64,000 nt of DNA, taken from the NCBI GenBank assembly GCA_903842345.1, contig CAIMLR010000042.1, forward strand, positions 92,857 to 156,856, given 5' to 3'. The stretch is from an uncultured Myxococcales bacterium (GTDB lineage: Bacteria > Myxococcota_A > UBA9042). Both the position numbers and the translations under genes were made by a program. Below the pieces are notes generated by a model, which worked only from the letters and a program-made list of their open reading frames with translations, was not told where the DNA came from and made no database searches. Below are positions 1 through 9,480 of this stretch, piece by piece; the first letter of the stretch is position 1, and each line of letters starts with the position of its first letter.

Positions 1-56
1 ACGGGCATTTCCTGCAATGGCGTCGGCATGGGTGCAAGTCTGGCGGCCTGAGCCGG

Positions 57-1865
57 CTAGGCCAAATCCTTGTACATAACTTCCGTGATGCGGAACGCCG
101 ACTTCTCCAGTTCCCGCAAGGCGCTGCCCATGCGGCCCATGTCGGCGCTTTCCGTCGCGCGCCGACCTTCTTCCAGATCCACGCGAATCTGCGCCAGTTC
201 GGACTCGGTCAGGTAGTTGGCGCTCTCCGCCAGCGACCGCTCGGTCGTGTAAATCAACCCCGCGAGCCGCCGGCGCATCTCCGCCATCTCCACGTGCAGG
301 CGATCCGATTCCTGGTACTGCTCCGCTTCCGACAGGATGCGTTCAATCGACTGTTCCGTCAGACCGGACGTCGCACGCACCCGCAGGCTCTGTTCCTTCT
401 TGGTGCCCAGATCGCGCGCGTCCACGCTCAGGATGCCATTGGCATCGATCGAGAACGTCACTTCAATCTTCGGCACACCGCGCAGCGCCGGCGGAATCCC
501 AACGAGCTCAAAGCGCGCCAGGCTGGTGTTGTCCGCCGCCAAGGGCCGCTCGCCCTGCAGCACGTGGATGTTGACCAGCGGCTGGTAGTCTTCTGACGTC
601 GTGAAGATCTCTGTGACGCTGACCGGAACCGTGACGTTGCGCGGAATCAGCTTGGTCATCACGCCGCCCGCGGTCTCAATGCCGAGCGAGAGCGGATTCA
701 CATCGAGCAGGATCACTTCGCCAATGTCGCCGGACAGGATCGCGGCCTGAATCGCCGCGCCGACGGCAACGGCTTCATCCGGATTGACGCTGCGATTGGG
801 CTGGCGCCCGAAGAAATTCGCGACCGTGCGCTGCACAAGCGGCATCTTGGTCATGCCGCCGACAAGCAGCACGTCGGTAATCTGGGCGATCGTCACGCCC
901 GCGCCGGTCAGCGCTTCTTCGCAGTGGGCGACCGTTTGCAGGACGAGGTCCTGCGTGAGATCTTCCAGTTCCTGGCGCTGCAGGAGCCGCCGCAGGTGCT
1001 TGGGACCGGAGGCGTCCGCCGTCAGGAACGGCAGGGAAATCTCGGTTTCGTCCACCGTCGACAGCTCGATCTTGGCGCGCTCGGCGGCATCCTTGAGACG
1101 CTGCAGGGCGACCGGATCCTTGCGGAGGTCGATGTTCGTTTCCGCCACGAACCCGGCGATGAGCGTGTCCATGAGGCGCGCGTCGATGTCTTCGCCGCCC
1201 AGGAAGGTGTCGCCGTGGGTCGCTTTGACCTGAAAGACGCCGCCGGAGAAGTCGAGAATCGAGATATCGAAGGTGCCGCCGCCCAAGTCGTAGACGGCGA
1301 TCGTGCCCGCGGACTCGGCGCCGATGCCGTAGGCCAGCGCGGCCGCGGTCGGTTCATTGATGATGCGCAGGACATTGAGCCCGGCGAGTCGACCGGCGTC
1401 GCGCGTCGCCTGGCGCTGCGCGTCGTCAAAGTACGCGGGCACAGCGACGACGGCGTCCTTGATCGTCGATTCCGTGTACTCCTGGGCCGATTCCTTGAGC
1501 GCCCGCAGCACAAACGCGCCGATTTCCGGCGGCGAGTAGCGCTTGCCGTGCACCGCAACCGCGGCGTCGCCATTGTCGTTCGCGGCAATCTTGAACGGCG
1601 CAGTCATCTGCATCCGCTGGACTTCCGGCGACTTGAACTTGCGACCCATCAGGCGCTTGGAGGCAAACACCGTGTTCTGCGGGTTGGCGACGGCCTGCCG
1701 CTTGGCGATGTTGCCGACGAGCCGCTGGCCATCGGGCGTGAACGCGACCATCGACGGCGTCGTGCGCGAACCTTCTGCATTCGGAATGACGTGCGCAACG
1801 CCGCTTTCATACAAGCAAACGCATGAGTTTGTCGTGCCGAGATCGATGCCGACGACCTTATCCAT
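57..1865 (-). CDS. Hsp70-family chaperone, a DnaK paralog (602 aa). It is shorter than canonical DnaK and lacks the flexible C-terminal tail.
   Basis: N-terminal '[12 protein letters not shown]' and '[10 protein letters not shown]' ATPase motifs and '[11 protein letters not shown]' are all present. It is collinear with DnaK along its whole length. Confidence 0.9.
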   Translation of the reverse strand: MDKVVGIDLGTTNSCVCLYESGVAHVIPNAEGSRTTPSMVAFTPDGQRLVGNIAKRQAVANPQNTVFASKRLMGRKFKSPEVQRMQMTAPFKIAANDNGDAAVAVHGKRYSPPEIGAFVLRALKESAQEYTESTIKDAVVAVPAYFDDAQRQATRDAGRLAGLNVLRIINEPTAAALAYGIGAESAGTIAVYDLGGGTFDISILDFSGGVFQVKATHGDTFLGGEDIDARLMDTLIAGFVAETNIDLRKDPVALQRLKDAAERAKIELSTVDETEISLPFLTADASGPKHLRRLLQRQELEDLTQDLVLQTVAHCEEALTGAGVTIAQITDVLLVGGMTKMPLVQRTVANFFGRQPNRSVNPDEAVAVGAAIQAAILSGDIGEVILLDVNPLSLGIETAGGVMTKLIPRNVTVPVSVTEIFTTSEDYQPLVNIHVLQGERPLAADNTSLARFELVGIPPALRGVPKIEVTFSIDANGILSVDARDLGTKKEQSLRVRATSGLTEQSIERILSEAEQYQESDRLHVEMAEMRRRLAGLIYTTERSLAESANYLTESELAQIRVDLEEGRRATESADMGRMGSALRELEKSAFRITEVMYKDLA

Positions 1866-2042
1866 CCGCCACCTTCCAACGCTCTGCGGTGCAGTGGCAC
1901 CGCCAAGGCCGGAGAAAACGCGAGCAAGTTCCCGCGGCAGTAGAATGGCGCGAAATGGCCATGGAGGTCAAGGCGACTTCACGAATCTGCTGAGGTCCCA
2001 CAGAAGCCGCACAAACCGCGGAACGACTGACGATTCCAGCAG

Positions 2043-4394
2043 CTACACGTCGGGGGGATCTTCGTGGCCATCCGGTCGCGGGGCAAAAGCCGCGTTGCCA
2101 CCGGAGTCCCCACGGTCAATCTGCGCGCCGCCGGGCTGGGCAAAGTGCGCCGCTTCCAGTTGGTCCTGCTCTTCTTCCGCGCCGTAGCGGTAGCGGTACT
2201 GGTAGCGCGCCTTGTACGCCCCGCCCTTGCGGTAGCCCTTGCCGTAGTAGTAGCCGTAGCCAACGCCCTGGATGCCCGTGCGCGAGAGCACGATGCCCAT
2301 GAGCGGCGCGTTGACGCTGCGCAGGTGACCCACGGCCGACGCGACCCAGTCATGCCGCGACTTGGCGGTGTGCGCGACGAGCACGACGCCGTCGACGAGC
2401 GCCGCCACGACGAGCGCGTCCGCGACAATCTCAATCGGCGGTGAGTCAAAGATCACCGTCGTGTAGTGCAGCTTCAGCTCCTCGACCATCTCCTTGAAGC
2501 GCACGGTGTGCAGGATCTCCGACGGATTGGGCGGAAGCGCGCCGCACGGCATGAAGTCGAGTCCCGGCACCTGCGTCGGCTGGACGAAATTCGTCACGGG
2601 CTCGCGGCCGAGGATGTAGCCCGTCACGCCGCCGACGTTCGGCACGCCAAAGACCTTGTGGAGGCGCGGCTTGCGCAAGTCGGTGTCGACGAGGATGCAG
2701 CGGCCTGACGCGGCCGCGAGCGTAATCGCCAGCGTCGCGGAGGTGGACGTCTTGCCCTCTCGCGGATGCGCGGACGTGACGAGCAGCGTGTGCAGCGGCT
2801 TGTCCGGGCGCATGAACAGCAGGTTGGTCCGCACCGAGCGCGCCGCTTCAGCAACCCGCGAATTGGGCCGGTAGTAGACGTAGAGGTCGTTCAGCGCTTC
2901 CGGCACGCTCTTGCCCTCGGCCACATCGCCGGGCTCAAACGTCGGGATCGCGCCCAGGTACTGCACGCCATGGATCCGCTCAACATCCGCGCGGCCCTGG
3001 ATCGTATTGTCCAACATCTCCGCGATCAGCGCAGCGATCACGCCCATGATCAGCGCGAGCAGAAACCCGATGGCCAGGCTCAACTGCATGTTCGGCCGCA
3101 CGGGCACGCGCGGCGTCACCGCGGCGTCCAGCACGGAGACGTTGTTGACGCCGACGTCCTTGGTCAGATCGGTCTCCGCGTACCGCTTCGCGACCTTCTC
3201 GTAGAACATCTTGTCTTCATCCGCCTTGGCCAGCAGCTTGTCGTGCTCCAGCTTGGTCTGGCGAATCTCCTCGTCCTCCAGCTTGGTCTGCTTCAGCTGC
3301 TCCTGGATGTCCTCCTCTTCAGCCTTCGCCGCCGCCAGCCCCTGCATCGCGGAGTCCAGCATCGCCGCGGCATGCCGCATCGCGAGCGTCTCCAGCTGCG
3401 CCATCTGTTGGTCAATCGCCTCGATGCGCGGGTGCTTCTCCAGGTACGTCGTGGCCAGCTCGCGGCGCTTGGTGCCCAGATCCAGCCAACGCCGTTTCAG
3501 TTCGCTGACGAGGCCATCGCGCATCAGCGTCGGCGCCGACACCGAGAAGATGTCTTTCACGCCCTTGGCTTTCTTGAGCTGCCCGACGTCAAGCTCCGCT
3601 TTGAGCCGGATATTGTGCACTTGGCGAATCGCCCGGTTCAGCTCGAGGTTGCGCTCGTTGACGGCAAGCCGCCGGTTGTCGCTGAAATCGTGCTGCCGCT
3701 CAAAGTCGTACAGCGCCTGCTGCGACGTCGTCTTGGTCTCTTCCAGCTTCTTGCGCATGGCGCGCAGATCCGCGTACGCGTCCTGAACCACGCGGCGCTT
3801 GTTGTTGATATTGCGGTCTTTGTAGGCCGCCATCACGGAATTGACCATGTCGCGGGCGAACTCTGGATCCGGATCTTCCACGGAGATGCGCGAAATCAGC
3901 GTGTCTTCCGTCATTTCCACGAGCACCCGGCTCGCCATCATGCCCACCGCATCGGCGTTGGCCATGACCGACTCTTTTTGCACCTTGGTCAGCGGCTTGT
4001 CCGCATACGGAAAGCCGAAGAACCGCTCATCGCGGCTCAGACCCAAGCGACTGACGACCATCGCCGCCAGATCGCGGGACTGGAGGATCGCCTGCTGCGC
4101 GCGGTAGTACTGGCGCACGCCGCTGCCCGCCTGTGTGCCAAGGCTGTAAACCTCATTGGTGTCGCCGAGCACCTTGGGGGGCGTGTTGTCGATCTGCAGC
4201 GTACCGGTGGCGCGGAAGATCGCGCGCTGATGCCGCACAAAGACGATGGCGCCGGCAAAGACCAGCGCGGTCGTGACGAGGAACCACCAACGACGGCGGC
4301 CAAGGACGTCGCGAAGCCGTCCCCACATCGCCTCGACGGGCTGCTCACCCGCGGCAGGCTGCCCCGACGCTTGTACTGGATCGCGTGCGGTCAC
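2043..4394 (-). CDS. Polysaccharide co-polymerase / tyrosine autokinase (Wzc/BY-kinase family) with a Wzz-like periplasmic coiled-coil domain
   Basis: There are two TM segments flanking a long coiled-coil. The C-terminal P-loop kinase has Walker A 'GKTSTSATLAI' and Walker B 'VIFDSPP'. The tail is tyrosine-rich: 'YGYYYGKGYRKGGAYKARYQYRYRYG'. Confidence 0.9.
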   Translation of the reverse strand: MTARDPVQASGQPAAGEQPVEAMWGRLRDVLGRRRWWFLVTTALVFAGAIVFVRHQRAIFRATGTLQIDNTPPKVLGDTNEVYSLGTQAGSGVRQYYRAQQAILQSRDLAAMVVSRLGLSRDERFFGFPYADKPLTKVQKESVMANADAVGMMASRVLVEMTEDTLISRISVEDPDPEFARDMVNSVMAAYKDRNINNKRRVVQDAYADLRAMRKKLEETKTTSQQALYDFERQHDFSDNRRLAVNERNLELNRAIRQVHNIRLKAELDVGQLKKAKGVKDIFSVSAPTLMRDGLVSELKRRWLDLGTKRRELATTYLEKHPRIEAIDQQMAQLETLAMRHAAAMLDSAMQGLAAAKAEEEDIQEQLKQTKLEDEEIRQTKLEHDKLLAKADEDKMFYEKVAKRYAETDLTKDVGVNNVSVLDAAVTPRVPVRPNMQLSLAIGFLLALIMGVIAALIAEMLDNTIQGRADVERIHGVQYLGAIPTFEPGDVAEGKSVPEALNDLYVYYRPNSRVAEAARSVRTNLLFMRPDKPLHTLLVTSAHPREGKTSTSATLAITLAAASGRCILVDTDLRKPRLHKVFGVPNVGGVTGYILGREPVTNFVQPTQVPGLDFMPCGALPPNPSEILHTVRFKEMVEELKLHYTTVIFDSPPIEIVADALVVAALVDGVVLVAHTAKSRHDWVASAVGHLRSVNAPLMGIVLSRTGIQGVGYGYYYGKGYRKGGAYKARYQYRYRYGAEEEQDQLEAAHFAQPGGAQIDRGDSGGNAAFAPRPDGHEDPPDV

Positions 4395-5032
4395 AGGATG
4401 GTCTCCGGTACGTAGATGATGTCGCCAGGCTGGACCTGAAAATTCACGGCCAAACCCTGCATGATCTTGTCGACGGGCACGGGGATCCGGCGCTCGCCGG
4501 TCGCGTCCATGCGGGTGACGATGGCGTAGTTGCGCTCGGCCATGGTGGCAAAGCCGCCCGCCAGCGTGACCGCCTCGACGATCGTCATGTTGTCCGTGTA
4601 GGGGAAGCGGCCGGGCGACTTGACCTCGCCGAGAACGAAGATCTTCTTGGAACTCAAGGTCTTGACCTGCACGGTGACGTACGGGTGCTTCATGTAGCCT
4701 TGGGCCAGTTTCTGCCGCAACAGCGCCGCCACTTGCGAAGCGACGAGGCCCTCAACGGTGACGGTGCCGATGAGCGGGTAGTCGATCTGGCCGGTCGGCG
4801 AGACCGTGTGGGCGCCGGAGAGGGCTGGCTCTTCGTAGACGCGGACGTCGAACTCGTCGCCCGGACCCAAGCTGGCGGCCTGGATGGCCGAGCGGACGTC
4901 CAAGTGCACGTCGCTGTAGCCCGTGCTGGCGGTCGCTGAGCAGCCGCCGCTCGCCAGTGCCACGACGAGCAGAGCGCCGAGCGAGAGCGCCGCGGAGGCT
5001 TTGGTGAGGTAGCGAAGGGCGGCGACGGGCAT
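4391..5032 (-). CDS. Short Wza-like outer-membrane polysaccharide export lipoprotein (Poly_export + SLBB domains), 213 aa
   Basis: It has a lipobox 'ALASGGC' and the motif 'KIFVLGEVKSPGRFPYTDNMTIVEAVTLAGGF'. Its start overlaps the upstream kinase gene by 4 nt. It is too short to carry the C-terminal membrane-spanning helix domain of E. coli Wza. Confidence 0.85.
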   Translation of the reverse strand: MPVAALRYLTKASAALSLGALLVVALASGGCSATASTGYSDVHLDVRSAIQAASLGPGDEFDVRVYEEPALSGAHTVSPTGQIDYPLIGTVTVEGLVASQVAALLRQKLAQGYMKHPYVTVQVKTLSSKKIFVLGEVKSPGRFPYTDNMTIVEAVTLAGGFATMAERNYAIVTRMDATGERRIPVPVDKIMQGLAVNFQVQPGDIIYVPETIL

Positions 5033-5236
5033 CAGGCGGAGGGCTCCAGGGAATCAAGCCCGAGAATTGGGCAGCGGTCAGGAGGCGGGCGGTACGCGCT
5101 CAGGCGCACAAGACAACCGCCAACGTTGGTTGCCGCGGAGGCTGTGAAAGTTCAATTTGGGGTGGCAGGCTCAAGGTGCCCCTGAGGAGTCAGACGGCGG
5201 TGACGAGGCGTTGCACGCCGCGCCGAAGTCTGGCGC

Positions 5237-6637
5237 TTAGTAGCGCGCGGTCACCGACGCGAAGATCTCGTGCGCGGTGTATTCGCCGGCATCCAGCAAG
5301 GACGACGTGCTGGACGTCAACTTGAACGGCGTGATGACCGACCGAAGGTTGTAACCGAGGGCCAGCGCAACGTAGCGGGAGACTTCAAAGGACGCGGTCA
5401 CGTTGCCGTCGAGCTGCCAGTCATGGCGCTGGAAGAAGCCCGGCATGCCGGGAACTGCGTTGGCGCCGACGACGCTCACGCCCGACAGCGCCTGAGCCGC
5501 GCCGTACTTCAGGTACGAGGCGCCGAGCGACGCGGAGATGTCGATGATCGTGCCGAAGCGCTGCTTGGCGCCAAAGCCCATGCGGTGCACGTCCGCGTAG
5601 CCGCCGAGGTAGGCGTCGCGCATGTCGTGGGTGTAGCCGAGCGTCAGGCGAGTCGTGTCGGTGGGCCGGAAGCCGAAGGCGGCGCCCGCGAGCACGGAAC
5701 TGAAGCCCGGCGTTGCGGAAGAACTGAGCAGCGACATGCCCCAACCGGCCGAGAGGTCGAAGCTGATGCGTTTGGTGATCGCGCCCGACGTACCCGCGCG
5801 GACGCGGAACGGCTTGGAGTTGTAGGCCAAAGCCCGCGACGTCAGCAGCGGATCGGTGAACGAGCGGAAGTCCCACGTCGCGTCCACGTACGCAGCGGTC
5901 TTGGGCAGGAAGCGCCAGGAGCCGTTGATGCGCGTGTGGATCGTGTTGGTGTTGAAGCCGCCGTAGTCCTCAAACCGGTCAATCAAGTACGCGCCGGAAA
6001 GCGCGATGTTGAACGGCCGACGCTCAGGCGTGTCGCCCGGGTGGAATTCAACGCGCGCGCCCGCTTCATTGGCGTTGCGGTTGAACGTCTGCAGCGTTTC
6101 CCAGTTGTTGGCGCGCAAGGAGCGATTGAAGAAGTCGAACAGCGTGAAGGCAATCGGCTTGCGCTGGCCAAACGTCACGTCCAGGTTGGCCGTGCCGCCG
6201 AAGTTGTTCAGGTTCTTGACTGCCTGGTCGCCGGACACGTAGACGCGACCGTCGCCGGCGGCGGCGAAGTTGAAAACCGTGTTGCCAGTCAGGTCGTTCT
6301 GCAGCGAAAGACGCGGCGTGATGCGAATCGAGGCCGCGCCGCGAATCGGAGTCAGCAGCGCCTCCTGCGTACTCGCGTTGAAGATGTTGGTGTCGTAATG
6401 GCCCGTCACGCCGATGGACGGCCGCAGCAGAAAGTCACCGCTGCGCAGGCCGCGATCCTTCGCGATCGACGGCAGCGTCATTTCCGCCGACTGGGCGAAA
6501 GCCGGCACGGATGCCAGCGCCAGGACGATCGCGACGACCGTGGCCGCGAGCGAGCGTCCGAGCGTTCGGCTGGTTGTCAGTTGATACTTGAGCACGTTCT
6601 GACTTCCTCGGATGCGGGTACGTGCGCTCCGGCGCAC
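5237..6637 (-). CDS. Outer-membrane beta-barrel protein. It is a candidate Wzp-like partner of the short Wza-like protein.
   Basis: It has a signal peptide ('AIVLALASVPAFAQ'), amphipathic beta-strand periodicity and a C-terminal aromatic residue ('…VTARY'). It sits in the same strand block as the kinase and export genes. Confidence 0.6.
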   Translation of the reverse strand: MRRSARTRIRGSQNVLKYQLTTSRTLGRSLAATVVAIVLALASVPAFAQSAEMTLPSIAKDRGLRSGDFLLRPSIGVTGHYDTNIFNASTQEALLTPIRGAASIRITPRLSLQNDLTGNTVFNFAAAGDGRVYVSGDQAVKNLNNFGGTANLDVTFGQRKPIAFTLFDFFNRSLRANNWETLQTFNRNANEAGARVEFHPGDTPERRPFNIALSGAYLIDRFEDYGGFNTNTIHTRINGSWRFLPKTAAYVDATWDFRSFTDPLLTSRALAYNSKPFRVRAGTSGAITKRISFDLSAGWGMSLLSSSATPGFSSVLAGAAFGFRPTDTTRLTLGYTHDMRDAYLGGYADVHRMGFGAKQRFGTIIDISASLGASYLKYGAAQALSGVSVVGANAVPGMPGFFQRHDWQLDGNVTASFEVSRYVALALGYNLRSVITPFKLTSSTSSLLDAGEYTAHEIFASVTARY

Positions 6638-6658
6638 AGGAACTGCAGCGACGCGGCG

Positions 6659-7207
6659 TTACGGCTTGAAGAAGGGGCTCACGGACGGCGGCACTTCCAA
6701 CGGAGGCGCCAAATCGGTGAGGCCGGCGGTCGGATTGATCTCCGGCATGTCCTTGTCCACGTTCTTCTCAATGTACGGTCGACCATCGATGGTCCCGTCC
6801 ACGGCCGGACCGCCGCAGCCTTTCAGCTGGCCTTGCAGTTCTTCCGCTTTGTTGAACGCGATCGACACTTTCACGTACTCGTGCTCGGCGCAGTCAGCGT
6901 CCCGGCGCGAGGCGCACTCTTGCAGCGCCGTGTAGTTGCTGTCCGCGAGGCGCTTGAGGCCGTTCATGGTCGTCAGCGCGTCGTTGACGCAGTTCACGCG
7001 GTTGATGTTCTGCGACTTGCGGGCGTCTTCCAGCTCGGCAAAGCCGTCGCTGACCATCGCGCTCATCTTGTCGATGAACGCTTTGGATTGCGTCATCTTC
7101 GAATCAATCGACGACGTGTCGACCTGCGGCGCGTCTTCGGCCGCCACGCGACCCGCAACGATCAAGCAGCACGCTCCGATCATCATGGCTAGGTACTGGC
7201 GCTTCAT
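6659..7207 (-). CDS. Periplasmic hypothetical protein (signal peptide, helical)
   Basis: It has the signal peptide 'MKRQYLAMMIGACCLIVAGRVAAE' and is the first gene of the same-strand block leading into the export genes. Confidence 0.5.
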   Translation of the reverse strand: MKRQYLAMMIGACCLIVAGRVAAEDAPQVDTSSIDSKMTQSKAFIDKMSAMVSDGFAELEDARKSQNINRVNCVNDALTTMNGLKRLADSNYTALQECASRRDADCAEHEYVKVSIAFNKAEELQGQLKGCGGPAVDGTIDGRPYIEKNVDKDMPEINPTAGLTDLAPPLEVPPSVSPFFKP

Positions 7208-7755
7208 CCTCTGGCCTCACTCCGGCGGGCAACGTGCCGCCGGCTCATCTCGCTCTCACCCACACGCGCTCGCACAGGCACACACTTTCACCGGCGCAGT
7301 CTCGCTAACCCGCAGAATCAATGGCAATTCATCGCCACAAATTACCGCACCAAATCAGTCCGTGTTGCGTTCCATGACCGACCTTATGAAGGCGACGGGC
7401 AACCCTGCGCGGGTGAACGCAACGCAAGCAACGGTACTGTATGGCTCACTCCTGCTGCCTGTCAACTCTGGGGCACGCTTTTGGCGGGTTCGCCGTGGGT
7501 GAACATTCACACTTCCACACAACTTCGCGTCCCGCTCGGGGTCGCAGCGCATGCAAGATGCGGCCCCGCGAAATCCGGACTTCGGATGGGCGGGGTGCGT
7601 TATCTGAGTTGTCAGTTGTCCAAGGAAGGATCAAAACATTTTGCCGCCACTCCACCATCGCAACATCTCGCGCTGGATACCGGAAGCTGGTACTTTGCCC
7701 CCAAGCGCAACGCGCGCGGACGGCGCTCTATCTGCGACGCTGAACAGGGATCCGG

Positions 7756-8367
7756 ATGCCAATGAACGTCAACTCTACGCCCGCGCCGACTGCGCCGCCG
7801 GTCGCGCTGCCCGTTGCCAAGGGTGACTGGACGCAGCTTGTGAAACTGTTTTGCGAAGCCAGTCCGCTGCGCATGGGCCACTGGAATCCGCTGACGGGCG
7901 AGATCTTCGTGGCGCCGCGCCGCAAGAACTCGCCGGCGATCGCCGCGGCGTTCGAGCTGCGTCTGCTGCAGGAAGAAGGCTGGATCGAAGTGCCCTTCCT
8001 GGAGAGCGACGAGGCGTTTGAACTGGCGGTGAATTGGGCGCAGTCGCTCGATCCGGGGCGCGGCAAGGCGGCGGTCACCAAGGCGCTGGCGCAGGAAAAG
8101 CCGTTCCGGCAACTGCGCGCCGTGCTGGGGCAGATGGTCGGTCTGGCGCGCCGCTATGAGAAGGCGGTGCGGGAGGAGGCGGAGGCGCGGCTCGTGGAGC
8201 TGTGCGTCGGCCTGGGGATGACGCTGGACCATCCGCGCTTTGTTGAACTTGCCCCGTATTTCCGCGATCCGGAGCCGCTGCCGGCGGAAGGCGCCCCGGT
8301 TTCCCCGCTCTCAGCCGTGCAGCGCCGCGTGGATGCGCTGTCGATCGGCAGGTCGCCATGCGCGTAG
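7756..8367 (+). CDS. Hypothetical protein
   Basis: A 203-aa ORF with balanced amino-acid composition. It overlaps the next gene by 10 nt. Confidence 0.4.
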   Translation: MPMNVNSTPAPTAPPVALPVAKGDWTQLVKLFCEASPLRMGHWNPLTGEIFVAPRRKNSPAIAAAFELRLLQEEGWIEVPFLESDEAFELAVNWAQSLDPGRGKAAVTKALAQEKPFRQLRAVLGQMVGLARRYEKAVREEAEARLVELCVGLGMTLDHPRFVELAPYFRDPEPLPAEGAPVSPLSAVQRRVDALSIGRSPCA

Positions 8368-8903
8368 CCGTGTTGTTCCTGTTGTGCGCGGCGCTCGCAT
8401 GCAGCCGTGCGACGGTTGAACCTGCGGCCGACACGCCGCCGACGATCGCGCCCTCCAGCGAGCCACCGACCGTGACCCAGGATGGCAAACCGCTTGAGGC
8501 GTTTCCCGGACGCGGTGTCCTGCAGATCGCCGATCGGCCCAACAGTCCGGCGATCGCGTTGGAACTCGCCCGCAAGGACGCTGAGCGCCAGCAAGGCCTG
8601 ATGTTCCGGCAGAAGATGGCGGATGACCACGGGATGCTGTTCTTCATGCCGTACGACAACGACTGGGTCTTCTACATGCGCAACACCTACATCCCGCTGG
8701 ACATGGTGTTCATTGACCGCGCGTGGCGCGTCGTCGGCATCGTGGAGAATGTGCCGCCGCTGACCGAGGACCACCGCTCCGTGGGCCAGGAATCGCGCTA
8801 TGTCCTCGAGTTGACCGCGCATACGGCCGGCAAGCTGGGCCTCCATGCCGGCACGCGACTGATCTTTGAGCCGCGGCCAGACGTCGCCGCGCCGGCGCAT
8901 TGA
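8358..8903 (+). CDS. DUF192 (COG1430) family secreted protein
   Basis: Signal peptide present. Conserved 'GLMFRQ…MLFFMPYDNDWVFYMRNTYIPLDMVFID' block typical of DUF192. Confidence 0.8.
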   Translation: MRVAVLFLLCAALACSRATVEPAADTPPTIAPSSEPPTVTQDGKPLEAFPGRGVLQIADRPNSPAIALELARKDAERQQGLMFRQKMADDHGMLFFMPYDNDWVFYMRNTYIPLDMVFIDRAWRVVGIVENVPPLTEDHRSVGQESRYVLELTAHTAGKLGLHAGTRLIFEPRPDVAAPAH

Positions 8904-8906
8904 GCC

Positions 8907-9395
8907 ATGGCCGCGTCCGCGCTTCACGCCATCGTGCGGCACGATGCGGAACGCCTCGCGGCGCTGATGGCGCAGATCCCGCGCGCGGATCGCCCGGACG
9001 CCCGGCAACTGGCGCTGCACGCGTGGCAGGAACTGGAGGCTGAGACGCCGTCGGAACGGCGGCTGCTGACGCTCGCGCAAGCCCTGGACAAAACGCTTGC
9101 GCCGCTGGATGCCGGACGGCCGCCGCAGACCGTCTGGCAAATGCGGACCGCGCGGCCGTTGCCGGAAGTGCTGCGGCGGACGCTTGTCGCCGATCGCGTG
9201 CTGGGTTGGCAGCAGCGGTTTGACCGGCGGTGGCAAGTGCGGATGGCGATGAGCGCCGCGCGCCTGCAGTGGCTGGAGTCGCGCGTGACGGAGCGCGCGC
9301 CGACGCAGGTGGCGATGGTGCGGCCGCCGGAAGAGGCGCAGAACCGCGAGAGTCTGGAACTGTTGCACAAGCGTGGCCGGACGCGGTTCTCCTAG
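8907..9395 (+). CDS. Hypothetical protein
   Basis: 162-aa ORF. It is Ala/Arg/Leu-rich and helical, with no recognisable motif. Confidence 0.3.
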   Translation: MAASALHAIVRHDAERLAALMAQIPRADRPDARQLALHAWQELEAETPSERRLLTLAQALDKTLAPLDAGRPPQTVWQMRTARPLPEVLRRTLVADRVLGWQQRFDRRWQVRMAMSAARLQWLESRVTERAPTQVAMVRPPEEAQNRESLELLHKRGRTRFS

Positions 9396-9480
9396 CACGC
9401 GTTGCGGATTGTGACGCGCGGATGAAACCGCTATGCTGCGCGCGGTCGCCGGGGCGGCCATGGCAATTCAAGGGGAAAAT

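Noticed and set aside
924-1826. Long + strand ORFs inside the Hsp70 gene (924..1826 and 1543..2187), and similar antisense ORFs inside wzc (2766..4415) and the beta-barrel gene (5270..7192)
   Set aside because: They are mirror frames of well-supported genes. They are Arg-rich, low-complexity, and have no start context.
7208-7755. 550-bp intergenic region between the export-cluster start and the next gene, as a possible ncRNA or tRNA
   Set aside because: I could not identify a tRNA cloverleaf (no GGTTCGAATCC-type T-arm) or any Rfam-like consensus. It most likely holds divergent promoters. I leave it unannotated.
9230-9480. Upstream 84-codon extension of the 9481 lipoprotein ORF; similar N-terminal extensions occur for ORFs starting at 26243, 56954, 22710, 24034, 25774, 26511, 34987, 41728, 51767 and 53284
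   Set aside because: The extensions overlap upstream genes or are Arg/Pro-rich. Internal ATG or GTG starts immediately precede canonical signal peptides or conserved N-termini and have better RBS spacing.
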